DNA of 59,644 nucleotides, filler included, from 6 parts of 6 records of this genome joined end to end with filler, not necessarily neighbours in it, one strand, 5' to 3'. Counted from the whole stretch's first letter, positions 9,342-20,346 are shown. Program-made: numbers and translations. Notes: generated by a model from the letters alone, not told the origin.

Positions 9342-10032
9342 CGGGCAGACGACATCTCTGGTGATTGATTGTCAGAAGGTTACCCGCACCTACAGTGAAG
9401 GGCCGGAAACACTGACGATTTTCTCGGACATCTCACTTCAGGTTAAGGCCGGCGAGACGGTTGCCATTGTGGGCAGTAGCGGGGCAGGGAAAACCACCTT
9501 GCTGAACCTGCTGGGCGGTTTGGATCGCCCTTCGTCAGGGCATATCCGGATCTGTGGCAAGGATATTCATCAGCTATCGGAAGCAGGCCGGGCGCGGTTC
9601 CGGAATCAGCATCTGGGGTTTGTGTATCAGTTCCATCATCTGCTGCCGGAATTTACCGCACTTGAGAATGTCATGTTGCCCTGCGCGCTTGGAGGCATGC
9701 CACCCAGGCAGGCCCGCCCGAAGGCGGAGCAACTGCTGCAACGGGTGGGTCTGGGTGAGCGGCTCAGGCACAAACCCGGCGAGTTGTCCGGTGGTGAGCG
9801 TCAGCGGGTAGCGATAGCCAGAGCGCTGGTTAACAGCCCGGAGTGTGTGTTGATGGATGAGCCTACCGGCAATCTGGATGAACACACAGGGGAGGGTATC
9901 CGTGCCCTGATCGGCGACCTGCGTGATAATTCCGGGACGTCATTCATCATGGTTACCCACGACATGACCATGGCCCGGAGCCTGGGAAGGGTGCTGCGAC
10001 TGGAGCAGGGGCGATTGGTTCAGGAGGCCTGA
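9334..10032 (+). CDS. lolD: Lipoprotein-releasing ABC transporter ATPase
   Basis: GSSGAGKT, GFVYQFHHLLPEF (LolD motif) and LSGGERQR. Confidence 0.92.
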   Translation: MSDGQTTSLVIDCQKVTRTYSEGPETLTIFSDISLQVKAGETVAIVGSSGAGKTTLLNLLGGLDRPSSGHIRICGKDIHQLSEAGRARFRNQHLGFVYQFHHLLPEFTALENVMLPCALGGMPPRQARPKAEQLLQRVGLGERLRHKPGELSGGERQRVAIARALVNSPECVLMDEPTGNLDEHTGEGIRALIGDLRDNSGTSFIMVTHDMTMARSLGRVLRLEQGRLVQEA

Positions 10033-10565
10033 TTGCTCGCGGGCGTTCGCTTGTTGCGCTGGCGACGCCGTAATTGCCATTCAGTGCGGATCTTGCGGCG
10101 CCATAGATACTGGATGATCAGGTAAGCGACGCAGGCGGTCACCGTGGCCAGAACCAGAGAACCCAGGTACAACGGCACGCCGATATCGATCAACCTGTGG
10201 CTGATCCAGTCCCAGGAAAGCTCGAATTCGAACGCCAGAACCGGCCGATTGAGTATCCAGGCCCCCACCTTGTAATTGAAGTAGAACATCGGGGGCATGG
10301 TCAGCGGATTGCTGATCCAGACCAGAACCACGGATAAAGGCAGGTTGGCGTTAAACCAGATGGCGCAGAATGCGGCTGCCAGCATCTGGAAAGGCATCGG
10401 AATAAAACAGAACCAGACGCCCACCAGGAAGGCCCTGGCAACACAGTGCCGGTTGATGTGCCACAGGTTGGGTTCATGGAGGATATCGCCCAGAAAACGC
10501 AGCGATTGCATCGACTGCACCTTTTCAGGGGTGGGCAAATACCGTTTCATGAACTTCTTCGGCAT
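10020..10565 (-). CDS. DUF2062-like membrane protein
   Basis: PNLWHINR, PMPFQM and WISNPLT motifs. Hydrophobic, and divergent from comEC. Confidence 0.8.
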   Translation of the reverse strand: MPKKFMKRYLPTPEKVQSMQSLRFLGDILHEPNLWHINRHCVARAFLVGVWFCFIPMPFQMLAAAFCAIWFNANLPLSVVLVWISNPLTMPPMFYFNYKVGAWILNRPVLAFEFELSWDWISHRLIDIGVPLYLGSLVLATVTACVAYLIIQYLWRRKIRTEWQLRRRQRNKRTPASNQAS

Positions 10566-10648
10566 AGGAAGTTCGGCCTGTTTCCTGGCTTTGAGTAATC
10601 ACTGGAGCCCAGAGGCTGCCAGCGCTATCGAAAATCGGAGGACAAGGA

Positions 10649-13069
10649 TTGTCCGAAAACCCAGTTTCTAACCGGGTCAGCAGGCTCGGTGTTGGACTCG
10701 CCAGCATTCTCGCCTTCTCTTGCGGCGTTATCTTACTGTATCGGCTCGCAACCTTGCCACCATATCCATGGCTGTTTGTGCTGGTTGGGTTAATGTTGCT
10801 GGCTATGTTCTGTCGATACCAGCGCATACAGAGGCTCGGGCCCGTGGTGGTTGCTGCGACGCTGGGGCTGGTCTGGGCCGGCTGGAATGCCGATATGAGA
10901 CTGGCCGAGCGCCTGCCTTCGGAGTGGGAAACCAAGCGCATTGTGGTTTCCGGCTATCTCTGTGATTTGCCGACGCCGGGAAGCTTTGACAGTCTGAGGT
11001 TTGGATTCTGTGTCCTGCACTGGCAGGCACCTGACGTGTCGGTAGATGACGCCTTGCCCCGCGTCCTGCGACTATCCTGGTACGGCAGGGAGGGGCGCAG
11101 GCTACCCGACCATCGCCTGACATTGGAGGTCTCTCTCAAGCGTCCTCACGGCAACCTGAACCCAGTGGGGTTTCGCTACGAAGACTGGTTGTTCCGTCAC
11201 GGCTATCGGGCGACCGGTTCCGTCAAACAGGTCTCTGCGGCACCGGAGCTGGCATGCGCACTGCAATGTCAGTACCACGCCTGGCACTGGCGAGCGTCAA
11301 AGAAGTTGCAGCATTGGTTTGGTGAAGCGGAATACTACCCCCTGATTGCGTCTCTGCTAATGGGCAACCGGGGTTCTCTGGAAGATCATCACTGGCAGGT
11401 ACTCAAGTCGACCGGCACCATTCATCTGGTGGCTATTTCCGGTTTGCATCTCGGTCTGGTGGCGGTCGGAGTTGGTCTGTTGGCGCGCTGGGGCTTGCTG
11501 TTGCTGCCAGTTGGTTGTCTGAGTGAGCAGGGCCGGCGTTCTCTGGTTTTTCTGGTGGTTGTGCTCAGCTGCCTTGTCTATTCGTTATTGGCCGGTTTTA
11601 CCGTACCAACCCGGCGGGCCCTGGTGATGGTGGTTGCCGGCGGCTGGTATTTGCTCAAGGCAAGACAACAGAGCGGCTGGCGACCCTTTGTGCTGGCTCT
11701 GGCAGTGGTGCTTCTGATGGATCCGTTTGCGCCTCTGGACCAGGGTTTCTGGTTGTCTTTTGGCGCTGTAGGGGTGCTGCTGGCGGTATTTTCAGGGCGT
11801 CTGGGTTCGTCGGGTTGGTTATCGGCTTTGTTGATAGCCCAGTTGGCGGTCTTTGTCGGGTTGTGGCCAATGTTGATGCTGGTGCATCAGGGCCAGCCCC
11901 TTGCAGGCTTCGCGGCCAACCTGTTGGCGGTGCCCTGGGTGTCGTTTGCCGTCATGCCGGTACTGTTCCTGGGGTCCATCATCGCCCTTCTTTCCGGGGG
12001 GTGGCTCCTGCCCTGGGTGTCGGCCGGGTTTGACCTTGTCCTGGGGGCACTATGGTGGTGGCTGGAGCTGGTGGCCCGGTTCCCGGCAGGACAGATGCAG
12101 CCTCTGCCGCTGCCATTGGCAGCGGGTTTGGCGTTGCTGGCGCTTTGGGGGATTCGCTGGAGGGACTGGCGATGGCGGGCATTGCTGGGCGTTACCTTCC
12201 TGTTGCTCAGTGTTCCCTGGTCAGGTCCAGGAATAGGCAATTCCGTGGCACAGGCACCTGAAGTCCGCGTGTTGGATGTGGGGCAGGGGCTGTCGGTTGT
12301 GGTTCGCGCCGGTGGCCGGGTGATGGTGTATGACACCGGGCCGGAAGTTGCGGGCGTCTATTCCGCCGCCGATTCGGTGCTGGTGCCGAATCTCCGGGCA
12401 ATGGGCGTCGAGGTTATTGATCTGCTGGTCTTGAGCCATGCTGATAATGACCACGCCGGCGGTCTTGAGACGTTGTCTGAGCACTTCGCGATCAAAAGGG
12501 TGATTTCCGGAGAGCCTGCTCTTATTGCCGGGCGCGTGCCGGTGAGGGTGGAAGGTTGTCGTCCGGGGAATATCCGGTGGCCGGGTCTGGTGATGTCGCT
12601 GTGGCAAAATCCGTTGCCTGCGGACGGGAATGACGCTTCGTGCGTGATACGCGTGTACCACCCGTCCAGCAACAGCGATTTCGTATTGACCGGGGACATC
12701 AGCCGGAAGGTTGAGCAACTGATGCTCGGTGGCGCCGGCCCAGAGTGGCTTGAGAACCGCGTTGCGCAGCGGGTGGTGCTGGCGCCACACCATGGCAGCA
12801 AAACTTCATCTTCAACACGCTGGGTACAGGCGGTGGCGCCGGATCAGGTGATCTATACGGCGGGCTACCGGCACCATTTCGGGCATCCGCATGCGGAAGT
12901 AACCGGTCGGTACCGCGCCAGTGGTGCCGTGCCATTGAACACGGCCTGCTCCGGCCAGATCACACTCAGGTTCGCAGATTCAGGCCTGCTTATAAGTGAG
13001 CTCTGGCAGACACAGCCTTTCTGGATAGCGTCTCCGGGGCTTGCCAGGAGTGAATGTAAAATACCGTGA
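10649..13069 (+). CDS. comEC: DNA internalization competence protein ComEC/Rec2
   Basis: HLVAISGLH, GFWLSF, metallo-beta-lactamase motifs LDVGQG and SHADNDHAGG, and PHHGS. Confidence 0.93.
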   Translation: MSENPVSNRVSRLGVGLASILAFSCGVILLYRLATLPPYPWLFVLVGLMLLAMFCRYQRIQRLGPVVVAATLGLVWAGWNADMRLAERLPSEWETKRIVVSGYLCDLPTPGSFDSLRFGFCVLHWQAPDVSVDDALPRVLRLSWYGREGRRLPDHRLTLEVSLKRPHGNLNPVGFRYEDWLFRHGYRATGSVKQVSAAPELACALQCQYHAWHWRASKKLQHWFGEAEYYPLIASLLMGNRGSLEDHHWQVLKSTGTIHLVAISGLHLGLVAVGVGLLARWGLLLLPVGCLSEQGRRSLVFLVVVLSCLVYSLLAGFTVPTRRALVMVVAGGWYLLKARQQSGWRPFVLALAVVLLMDPFAPLDQGFWLSFGAVGVLLAVFSGRLGSSGWLSALLIAQLAVFVGLWPMLMLVHQGQPLAGFAANLLAVPWVSFAVMPVLFLGSIIALLSGGWLLPWVSAGFDLVLGALWWWLELVARFPAGQMQPLPLPLAAGLALLALWGIRWRDWRWRALLGVTFLLLSVPWSGPGIGNSVAQAPEVRVLDVGQGLSVVVRAGGRVMVYDTGPEVAGVYSAADSVLVPNLRAMGVEVIDLLVLSHADNDHAGGLETLSEHFAIKRVISGEPALIAGRVPVRVEGCRPGNIRWPGLVMSLWQNPLPADGNDASCVIRVYHPSSNSDFVLTGDISRKVEQLMLGGAGPEWLENRVAQRVVLAPHHGSKTSSSTRWVQAVAPDQVIYTAGYRHHFGHPHAEVTGRYRASGAVPLNTACSGQITLRFADSGLLISELWQTQPFWIASPGLARSECKIP

Positions 13070-13141
13070 CAATCCGGGTGTGGCCTGCACCGACAGCTAT
13101 GCTAAAGTAGCGCGGCTTGTAACTAATCAGGGAGATCAAGC

Positions 13142-13768
13142 GTGTTCGAGCTGTTGAAAGCCGGTGGCATCCTGATGGTGCCCATTGTTGCCTGTTCCAT
13201 CCTGGCACTTGCCATCATTCTGGAACGAATCTGGACCTTGCGGGCCTCTCGGGTCGCGCCCCCGCAGTCTATTAACGAACTCTGGCGCTGGATCAAGAAA
13301 AAAGAGCTTAACGGTCGCAAGCTGAAAGCCTTGCAGGCATCTTCGCCACTTGGCCGGATTCTCGCCGGCGGCCTGATCAACGCCAAACATGGTCGCGAGA
13401 TCATGAAAGAAAGCATCGAACACGAGGCCAGCCAGGTTATCCACGAGCTGGAGCGTTTTCTGAATCCCCTGGGCACTATCGCCACCATCACGCCACTGTT
13501 GGGCCTTTTGGGTACCGTTATCGGCATGATCAAAGTGTTTGCCGAAATCCAGTTGGCCGGCGTCGGCAATGCCGGCAACCTGGCCGGAGGCATTTCCGAG
13601 GCATTGATCACCACTGCGGCTGGCCTGAGTGTCGCCATTCCTGCTCTGATCTGTCACCGCTATTTCATCCGTCGCGTAGACGAATTGGTGGTCAACATGG
13701 AGCAGGAAGCCATCAAACTGGTGGAAGTGGTCCACGGAGACCGCGAAATCGACGTTGAAGGAGCCTGA
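13142..13768 (+). CDS. exbB: MotA/TolQ/ExbB proton channel
   Basis: PLLGLLGTVIGMI and GISEALITTAAGL. Confidence 0.88.
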   Translation: MFELLKAGGILMVPIVACSILALAIILERIWTLRASRVAPPQSINELWRWIKKKELNGRKLKALQASSPLGRILAGGLINAKHGREIMKESIEHEASQVIHELERFLNPLGTIATITPLLGLLGTVIGMIKVFAEIQLAGVGNAGNLAGGISEALITTAAGLSVAIPALICHRYFIRRVDELVVNMEQEAIKLVEVVHGDREIDVEGA

Positions 13769-13773
13769 ACGCC

Positions 13774-14199
13774 GTGAAGTTCAAGCGCCAACGAAGCCAG
13801 GAAGTCGGGGTAGATCTGACGCCACTGATTGATGTGGTGTTCCTGCTGCTGATTTTCTTCATGGTGTCGACCACATTTACCCGGGAGAGTCATCTGCAGG
13901 TGGAGCTTCCGGAAGCCAGTGCAGAGCCGGCAGCTCCGTCTGAGGTCCGGCAGATTGATGTGGTGATCAATGCCGAGGGCCAGTACTTTCTGAACGACCG
14001 ACCACTGGTTAACAATCGCCGGGAAACCCTCGAGCGTGGCGTCAGTGAGCTGGCCGAAGGCGACAACAGCCTGCCGTTCATCATCACTGCAGACGCCCAA
14101 ACCCCCCATGAATTTGTGGTGCGGGCCATGGATGTTGCCGGTCGCCTGGGGTTTGCCAAGCTGAGCATAACCACAGAGCGGGAGGCTGAAAGCCAGTGA
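13774..14199 (+). CDS. exbD: ExbD/TolR biopolymer transport protein
   Basis: LTPLIDVVFLLLIFFMV. Confidence 0.9.
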   Translation: MKFKRQRSQEVGVDLTPLIDVVFLLLIFFMVSTTFTRESHLQVELPEASAEPAAPSEVRQIDVVINAEGQYFLNDRPLVNNRRETLERGVSELAEGDNSLPFIITADAQTPHEFVVRAMDVAGRLGFAKLSITTEREAESQ

Positions 14200-15968
14200 T
14201 GCAGACAAGGCCGGAGCCGCTCAAGACGCCACCTGCCGGTAGCTGGACCACCTACAAACGCCTGCTCAAGTACGTCAAGCCTTTCTGGTTTGCGTTCTCC
14301 CTCGCCGTGTTCGGAAACATCATTTACGCCGCTGCATCCACCGGGATGGCCGCGGCGATGGAATATGTGATCACGGCGATCGAGAATCCGTCCGACCAGA
14401 ACCGGATGTTGCTGACCGGGCTGATCGTGGGTGTTTTTGCCTTCAGAGGCGTTGGTACGTTTTTTAGCCAGTATTTTATCAGCTACGTCGGGCGCAACGT
14501 GATCAACGCCTTACGCAACGATGTGTTTGATCGCCTGATGTCTTTACCGTCACGATACTATGATGAAAACGCATCCGGGCGTCTGGTCTCGAAGCTCACC
14601 TTTAACGTTGAGCAGGTCGCGGATGCTGCCACCAATGCGGTGACTATCACCCTTCGCGAAGGGCTGACTATAGTGGGTCTGCTCGGCTTCATGCTGTACA
14701 CCAACTGGAAGTTGACCCTGATTTTTCTTACGGCCGGTCCGGTCATTGGTCTGGTCGTGAACTATGCCAGCAAACGGTTTCGTCGAATCAGTAAGCGTAT
14801 TCAGGGTTCCATGGGCGATATCACCCATGTGGCCTCCGAGTCGATCACCGGATACCGGGTGGTGCGCACCTTCGGAGGCGAAGATTATGAACGGGAGCGG
14901 TTTCGTGAGGTCAGTGCCCGTAACCTGAAACAGAGCCTGAAAATGGCTTCTACTCAGGCGATCAGTGTCCCGGTCATTCAGGTGCTGGTGGCTTTTGCTA
15001 TCGCCGCGCTGGTGTGGACCATGCTTGCGCCGGAGATTCGGGGTGAGATGTCGACTGGTCAGCTGATTGCGTTCATCACCGCGGCGACGACGATGGCCAA
15101 GCCCATTCGCCAGGTCACTTCCGTGCACGCCAAGATTCAGAAGGGTGTGGCGGCTGCGTTTGATGTGTTCGAGACCATGGATGAAAAGCCGGAAGAGGAC
15201 CAGGGCTCCTACAACCCGCAGCGGGTCAAAGGCGACATCACATTTGACCAGGTGTCTTTCCGATACCGGGATCAGCTCGACAATGTGCTTGAAGGGATAA
15301 CCATCGATATTCCAGCCGGCCAGAGTGTCGCACTGGTGGGCCGGTCAGGCAGTGGTAAGTCGACCATGGTCAGCCTGTTACCCCGTTTCTACGAGTACAC
15401 CGGGGGAGCTATCCGCATTGATGACCATGAACTGAAGGAGTTTTCGCTTCAGTCCCTGCGTGCTCAGATTGCTCTGGTGAACCAGAACGTGGTGCTGTTC
15501 AACGATACCATCGCCGCCAACATTGCCTACGGTTCCCTGCGCGACTGCAGCCGGGAAGAAATTATGGAAGCGGCTGAAAAGGCCCACGCGCTAGAGTTTA
15601 TCAACCGCATGCCGGAAGGGCTCGACACCATGATTGGCGACAATGGTGTGATGCTTTCCGGTGGCCAGCGCCAACGTCTTGCGATTGCGCGGGCCATCCT
15701 CAAGGACGCCCCAATTCTCATTCTGGATGAGGCGACATCGGCGCTGGATACGGAATCCGAACGCCATATTCAGGAAGCGCTGGAAACGGTTATGCAGGGC
15801 CGTACCACGCTGGTGATCGCACACAGGCTATCAACCATTGAGAAGGCCGACCGGATTCTGGTCATGGACAATGGCCGCATTGTTGAGTCCGGAAGTCATG
15901 GTGAGCTGTTGGCTGCGGGTGGGGCATATGCCCAGCTGCATCAGATTCAGTTCAGCGAGCACGCATGA
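14196..15968 (+). CDS. msbA: Lipid A export ABC transporter
   Basis: Transmembrane domain plus NBD (GRSGSGKST, LSGGQRQR, DEATSALD). Lies upstream of lpxK. Confidence 0.93.
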   Translation: MMQTRPEPLKTPPAGSWTTYKRLLKYVKPFWFAFSLAVFGNIIYAAASTGMAAAMEYVITAIENPSDQNRMLLTGLIVGVFAFRGVGTFFSQYFISYVGRNVINALRNDVFDRLMSLPSRYYDENASGRLVSKLTFNVEQVADAATNAVTITLREGLTIVGLLGFMLYTNWKLTLIFLTAGPVIGLVVNYASKRFRRISKRIQGSMGDITHVASESITGYRVVRTFGGEDYERERFREVSARNLKQSLKMASTQAISVPVIQVLVAFAIAALVWTMLAPEIRGEMSTGQLIAFITAATTMAKPIRQVTSVHAKIQKGVAAAFDVFETMDEKPEEDQGSYNPQRVKGDITFDQVSFRYRDQLDNVLEGITIDIPAGQSVALVGRSGSGKSTMVSLLPRFYEYTGGAIRIDDHELKEFSLQSLRAQIALVNQNVVLFNDTIAANIAYGSLRDCSREEIMEAAEKAHALEFINRMPEGLDTMIGDNGVMLSGGQRQRLAIARAILKDAPILILDEATSALDTESERHIQEALETVMQGRTTLVIAHRLSTIEKADRILVMDNGRIVESGSHGELLAAGGAYAQLHQIQFSEHA

Positions 15969-17026
15969 GCACCAGCCTGGTTGACCGGCTTTGGTACGGG
16001 CAGGGCAGGCCTCTTGCACTGCTCACACCACTGGCCTGGTTATATCGGGCGGTGTCTGAGTCCAGGCGTCGAAAGGCCTGGCATGCGCGAAACGAATTGC
16101 TGCCGGTCCCGGTTGTGGTGGTGGGTAATATCACCGCTGGCGGCACCGGCAAGTCACCTCTCACTGCCAGCCTGGTTCAGTGCATGAATCAACACGGCTG
16201 GAAACCGGTGATTCTCAGCCGTGGCTACGGTGGTAAAAGCTCTCAGTACCCCTTATTGGTTGCTGACGGGACTCCGGCGGGTATCTGTGGTGATGAACCC
16301 CTGATGCTGGCACGGGCCACCGGATGCCCGGTGGTGGTTGACCCGGATCGCTGTCGTGGCGCTCTCTGGGCGTTGGAGAATGGCCTCGGCGATGTACTGA
16401 TCTGTGACGATGGCCTGCAGCACTACCGTCTGCCCAGAGATATTGAACTGGCAGTATTTGATGCTCGGCGCGGCACTGGAAACGGTGCCATCATTCCGGT
16501 CGGTCCGCTGCGGGAGCCGGTTGAACGGTTGAACGGTGTCGACTTTGTCGTTCTTAACGGAGCGGAGTTTCCGGATGCTGGCGAGACCATCGAGAGCTTT
16601 GCCGGCGTTGATCATCCGGAGATTCATGCCATGGAGCTGGTGCCCTCGGCTTTGGTGAATCTGAATTCCGGTGAGACCCTGTCGCCGGGGCAGCTTGACG
16701 GTAAACCGGTACGGGCGGTGGCGGGTATCGGTAATCCCGGTCGATTTTTCGAAACCCTCCGGACTCTTGGCGCTCATGTCAATGAAGTTCCCTTTCCCGA
16801 CCATCATCATTTTCGCCCCGAAGACCTGGCGTCGGGCGCTCTCGAATGGTTGGTAATGACAGCCAAAGATGCAGTGAAGTGCCAAGGCTTTGCTCCGGAT
16901 AACGCCTGGGTCTTGACGGTTCAGGCCCGGCTGTCGGAACCTTTTGAACAGCATTTTCTGGAACGGCTCAGAGCCTGCTCTGGCCAGTTGCAACCTGATA
17001 TCAGCGAGGAATCGAACCATGGATAA
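15965..17026 (+). CDS. lpxK: Tetraacyldisaccharide 4'-kinase
   Basis: [25 protein letters not shown] and PVGPLRE. Confidence 0.95.
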
Positions 17027-17207
17027 AAAACTGCTGGCCATGTTGGCCTGCCCGGTGTGCAAGGGTGAGCTCAAGCTCAACGATGCCCGCACCGAGTTGA
17101 TTTGTTACCAGGATGCCATGGCGTTCCCCATTCGTGAGGGGATTCCGGTTATGCTGGCGGTTGAAGCCCGCACCCTCAGCACAGACGAGCGCCTCGACAA
17201 ACACTGA
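17019..17207 (+). CDS. ycaR: Trm112-family protein
   Basis: [16 protein letters not shown]...[11 protein letters not shown], located between lpxK and kdsB. Confidence 0.9.
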
Positions 17208-17227
17208 GTCACCCGCAGGACGCAACC

Positions 17228-18013
17228 ATGTCATTTACCGTTGTCATTCCCGCCCGATACGCTTCCAGCCGTTTGCCCGGCAAACCTCTGGCCATGATTG
17301 CCGGCAAGCCGATGATCCAGCATGTCTGCGAGCGGGCGAATGAGAGCCGCGCCAGCCGCGTGGTGGTCGCGACCGACGATGCCCGTATCGAGGAGGCGTG
17401 TCGAGGTTTTGGTGCCGAAGTAATCATGACCTCGCCCAACCATGCCAGTGGCACAGACCGCCTTGAAGAAGTGGCGAGGAAGCTGCAGCTGGATCCGGAC
17501 CATCGTGTGGTCAACGTTCAGGGGGACGAGCCTCTGATACCGTCCGAACTGATCAATCAGGTTGCCGATAACCTTGAACAGTACCAGGAGGCCGCCATCG
17601 CAACGCTGTGCGAGCGAATTCACGATGCTCGCCAGGTGTTCAATCCCAACGTTGTGAAAGTGGTGTTCGATGCCCGGGGTATGGCTCATTACTTCAGTCG
17701 GGCTCCGATTCCCTGGGCCAGGGACTTCTGGTCCGCGGGGGCGGCCACCCAGGATGTGGACCTTCCGGATGGCATCGGCTATTTCAGGCACATTGGTATC
17801 TATGGCTATCGTGCCAGTGTGCTCAGTGAGTTCGTCACCTGGCTGCCGGCTCCGACCGAGCGGGTGGAATCCCTGGAACAGTTGCGAGCTCTTTATAACG
17901 GCGCTCTGATTCATGTGGATGTGGCGGACCGGCCTCCAGCTCCGGGGGTAGATACCGAAGAGGATCTGGCCCGTCTGCGGGCGCTGATGGAAAAAGGGGG
18001 TGCCCGTGGCTGA
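17228..18013 (+). CDS. kdsB: 3-deoxy-manno-octulosonate cytidylyltransferase
   Basis: [22 protein letters not shown] and ESLEQLR. Confidence 0.96.
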   Translation: MSFTVVIPARYASSRLPGKPLAMIAGKPMIQHVCERANESRASRVVVATDDARIEEACRGFGAEVIMTSPNHASGTDRLEEVARKLQLDPDHRVVNVQGDEPLIPSELINQVADNLEQYQEAAIATLCERIHDARQVFNPNVVKVVFDARGMAHYFSRAPIPWARDFWSAGAATQDVDLPDGIGYFRHIGIYGYRASVLSEFVTWLPAPTERVESLEQLRALYNGALIHVDVADRPPAPGVDTEEDLARLRALMEKGGARG

Positions 18014-18485
18014 TCGTGTAAGCGTGCTATTTGTCTGCCTGGGCAATATCTGTCGTTCTCCCAGTGCTGAGGGCGTTTTTCGCCACCTCGCCCGGGCACA
18101 AGGCCTGTTCGACAGACTGCATATTGATTCCTGCGGCACCGGCAACTGGCATATCGGTAAATCTCCGGACGAGCGGGCAACTGCCGCCGCGGCGCGCCGT
18201 GGTATCGACATCAGCGACCTTCGTGCCCGCCAGTTCCGTGCAGAAGATCTGGATCAGTTTGATTATGTGTTGGTGATGGATCGGTCTAATCTCGCGGATG
18301 TTCGAGAGGTCTGGCACCAGAATGGGGGCACGGAGCCGCGCTTGTTTCTGGATTTCGGTGACTCCCGGTTGGCCGAGGTGCCGGATCCTTACTACGGCGG
18401 AGAGGATGGATTTGAGCACGTGCTTGATCTGATTCATGACGCCAGTTCCGGCCTCCTGGACGAAATCCGGGGGCGGCTGGCTTGA
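18006..18485 (+). CDS. Low-molecular-weight protein-tyrosine phosphatase
   Basis: VCLGNICRS and DPYYG. Start is GTG 18006 or 18000. Confidence 0.92.
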   Translation: MADRVSVLFVCLGNICRSPSAEGVFRHLARAQGLFDRLHIDSCGTGNWHIGKSPDERATAAAARRGIDISDLRARQFRAEDLDQFDYVLVMDRSNLADVREVWHQNGGTEPRLFLDFGDSRLAEVPDPYYGGEDGFEHVLDLIHDASSGLLDEIRGRLA

Positions 18486-19513
18486 GTCAGGATCTGCAGA
18501 TTCAGGAGTGGGCCAGCCTTCAGGGATTGAATACCCTGGCTGTGCCGGTAACGGCCCGATACCTGGTGGAAGTCGAAAATCCGGATCAGCTCAAACAGGC
18601 ACTTGCCTGGGCCTGTAACCACGAACAGTCCGTTCTGGTACTCGGCGGAGGCAGTAATCTGGTGTTTGCCGGCGATTATGCCGGCCTGGTCATCCGGATG
18701 GCACTGCGTGGCCGAAGCTGGGAGCAGGTAGACGATCACGGCGCGGTACTGGTATTGAAAGCCGGTGAGAACTGGCACGAGGCTGTGCTTTACGCCGCCC
18801 GTTCCGGTTATCGCGGGATCGAGAATCTGGCGTTGATCCCGGGTACGGCCGGTGCCGCCCCGGTACAGAACATCGGGGCTTATGGCACCGAATTGGGTGA
18901 CTGTCTTGACAGTGTCACGGTACTGAACCGCCAGACTCTGGAGGTTGAAACCCTGCCTGCAAGCGCCTGCGAGTTCGGCTATCGCGACAGCCTGTTCAAG
19001 CACCGGCCGGGCCACTACATCATCCTTGAAATCCGGCTCCGGTTGTCCCGTAATGCGCCTTTGAAGATTGGTTATCGGGATCTTCAGGATTACTTTGGCG
19101 ACGTTAACGAGGCTGAGTTAACACCCCTGGCGGTGGCCGAGGGCGTGATGGCTGTCCGTCATCGCAAACTGCCGGATCCTGCGGTATTGCCGAATGTGGG
19201 CAGTTTCTTCAAGAACCCGGTAATAGGATTGCCTCAGTTCCGGGAGCTTCAGGCCCGGTTTCCGGACGTTGTGTTCTATCCTGCTGATAGTCAGGTCAAA
19301 CTGGCGGCTGCATGGCTTATTGACCAGGCGGGATGGAAGGGGTTTCGTAACAGCCGGGTCGGGGTTCACAACCGCCAGGCGCTGGTGCTGATCAATCATT
19401 CCGGTGGAACTGGCCAGGATGTACTATCCCTGGCTGATGACGTGCGCCAGTCTGTGCTTGAGAAATTCGGCGTTGAGCTGGAGATGGAGCCGGGGATCGT
19501 GGGCAACGCCTGA
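18482..19513 (+). CDS. murB: UDP-N-acetylmuramate dehydrogenase
   Basis: GGGSN, PVQNIGAYG, GSFFKNP and LEMEP. Confidence 0.95.
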   Translation: MSQDLQIQEWASLQGLNTLAVPVTARYLVEVENPDQLKQALAWACNHEQSVLVLGGGSNLVFAGDYAGLVIRMALRGRSWEQVDDHGAVLVLKAGENWHEAVLYAARSGYRGIENLALIPGTAGAAPVQNIGAYGTELGDCLDSVTVLNRQTLEVETLPASACEFGYRDSLFKHRPGHYIILEIRLRLSRNAPLKIGYRDLQDYFGDVNEAELTPLAVAEGVMAVRHRKLPDPAVLPNVGSFFKNPVIGLPQFRELQARFPDVVFYPADSQVKLAAAWLIDQAGWKGFRNSRVGVHNRQALVLINHSGGTGQDVLSLADDVRQSVLEKFGVELEMEPGIVGNA

Positions 19514-19530
19514 TATGCGGAGACGTCGTT

Positions 19531-19568
19531 AACTCACCGGGAGACTGAAGGCAGCCTTCCGGTGAGTT
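19531..19568. terminator. Hairpin between convergent murB and proS
   Basis: AACTCACCGG...CCGGTGAGTT inverted repeat. Confidence 0.6.
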
Positions 19569-19578
19569 TGATTCAGGG

Positions 19579-20080
19579 TTACAAGCCGCCTTTGGGCGAC
19601 GCCTTCACCAGGAACGACAGAGCCTCATCAACGGGAATATCCTGTTTTTCCTCGTCCCGCCGACCCTTGTATTCCAGGGTTCCGGCGCTCAGGCCACGTT
19701 CTGAGACCACGAATCGGTGAGGGATGCCAATCAGCTCCATATCTGCGAATTTCACCCCCGGGCGTTCGTTGCGGTCGTCCAGCAGGACATCGTAGCCAGC
19801 CTGGCGAAGCTGTTCGTACACTTTGTCGCCAGCCTCGGCCACCACCGGAGATTTGTGACCATTCAGGGTAACAATGGCCACCTCGAACGGTGCGATGGCA
19901 TCCGGCCAGATGATGCCCTTCTCGTCGTGGTTCTGCTCGATGGATGCCGCGACGATGCGGGAAACGCCAATACCATAACAGCCCATTTCCATAATCGAAG
20001 TCTTGCCGTGTTCATCCAGAACCGAGGCGTTCATGGCCTTGCTGTACTTGTTGCCCAGCTTGAAAATGTGGCCAACTTCA
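19579..20080 (-). CDS. proS: Proline--tRNA ligase, C-terminal part (5' truncated)
   Basis: [23 protein letters not shown] and anticodon-binding [20 protein letters not shown]. Confidence 0.95.
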
Positions 20081-20180
20081 NNNNNNNNNNNNNNNNNNNN
20101 NNNNNNNNNNNNNNNNNNNNNNNNTTAATTAATTAANNNNNNNNNNNNNNNNNNNNNNNNNNNNNNNNNNNNNNNNNNNN
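20081..20180. other. Artificial contig spacer
   Basis: N-run + TTAATTAATTAA + N-run. Confidence 0.97.
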
Positions 20181-20317
20181 ATACGAAAACCATACGGTTT
20201 CCATACGCCTTCCATACGAGGGATTCACAGCCCCCACGGTCCTGAGATCCAGCACATAAGGCAAAGCGAGTGCGTCCGCGCCTCTGCCTTTTCTGGGCCC
20301 CTGCGCCCCACTTTAAT

Positions 20318-20346
20318 CTGTCACAAAAAACAAACAAAACTATCAC
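20318..20346 (+). promoter_or_regulatory. Putative Pho box (PhoB site)
   Basis: CTGTCAC at 20318 and CTATCAC at 20340 are 22 bp apart with an A-rich spacer, ~45 bp upstream of the phosphatase start. Confidence 0.55.
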
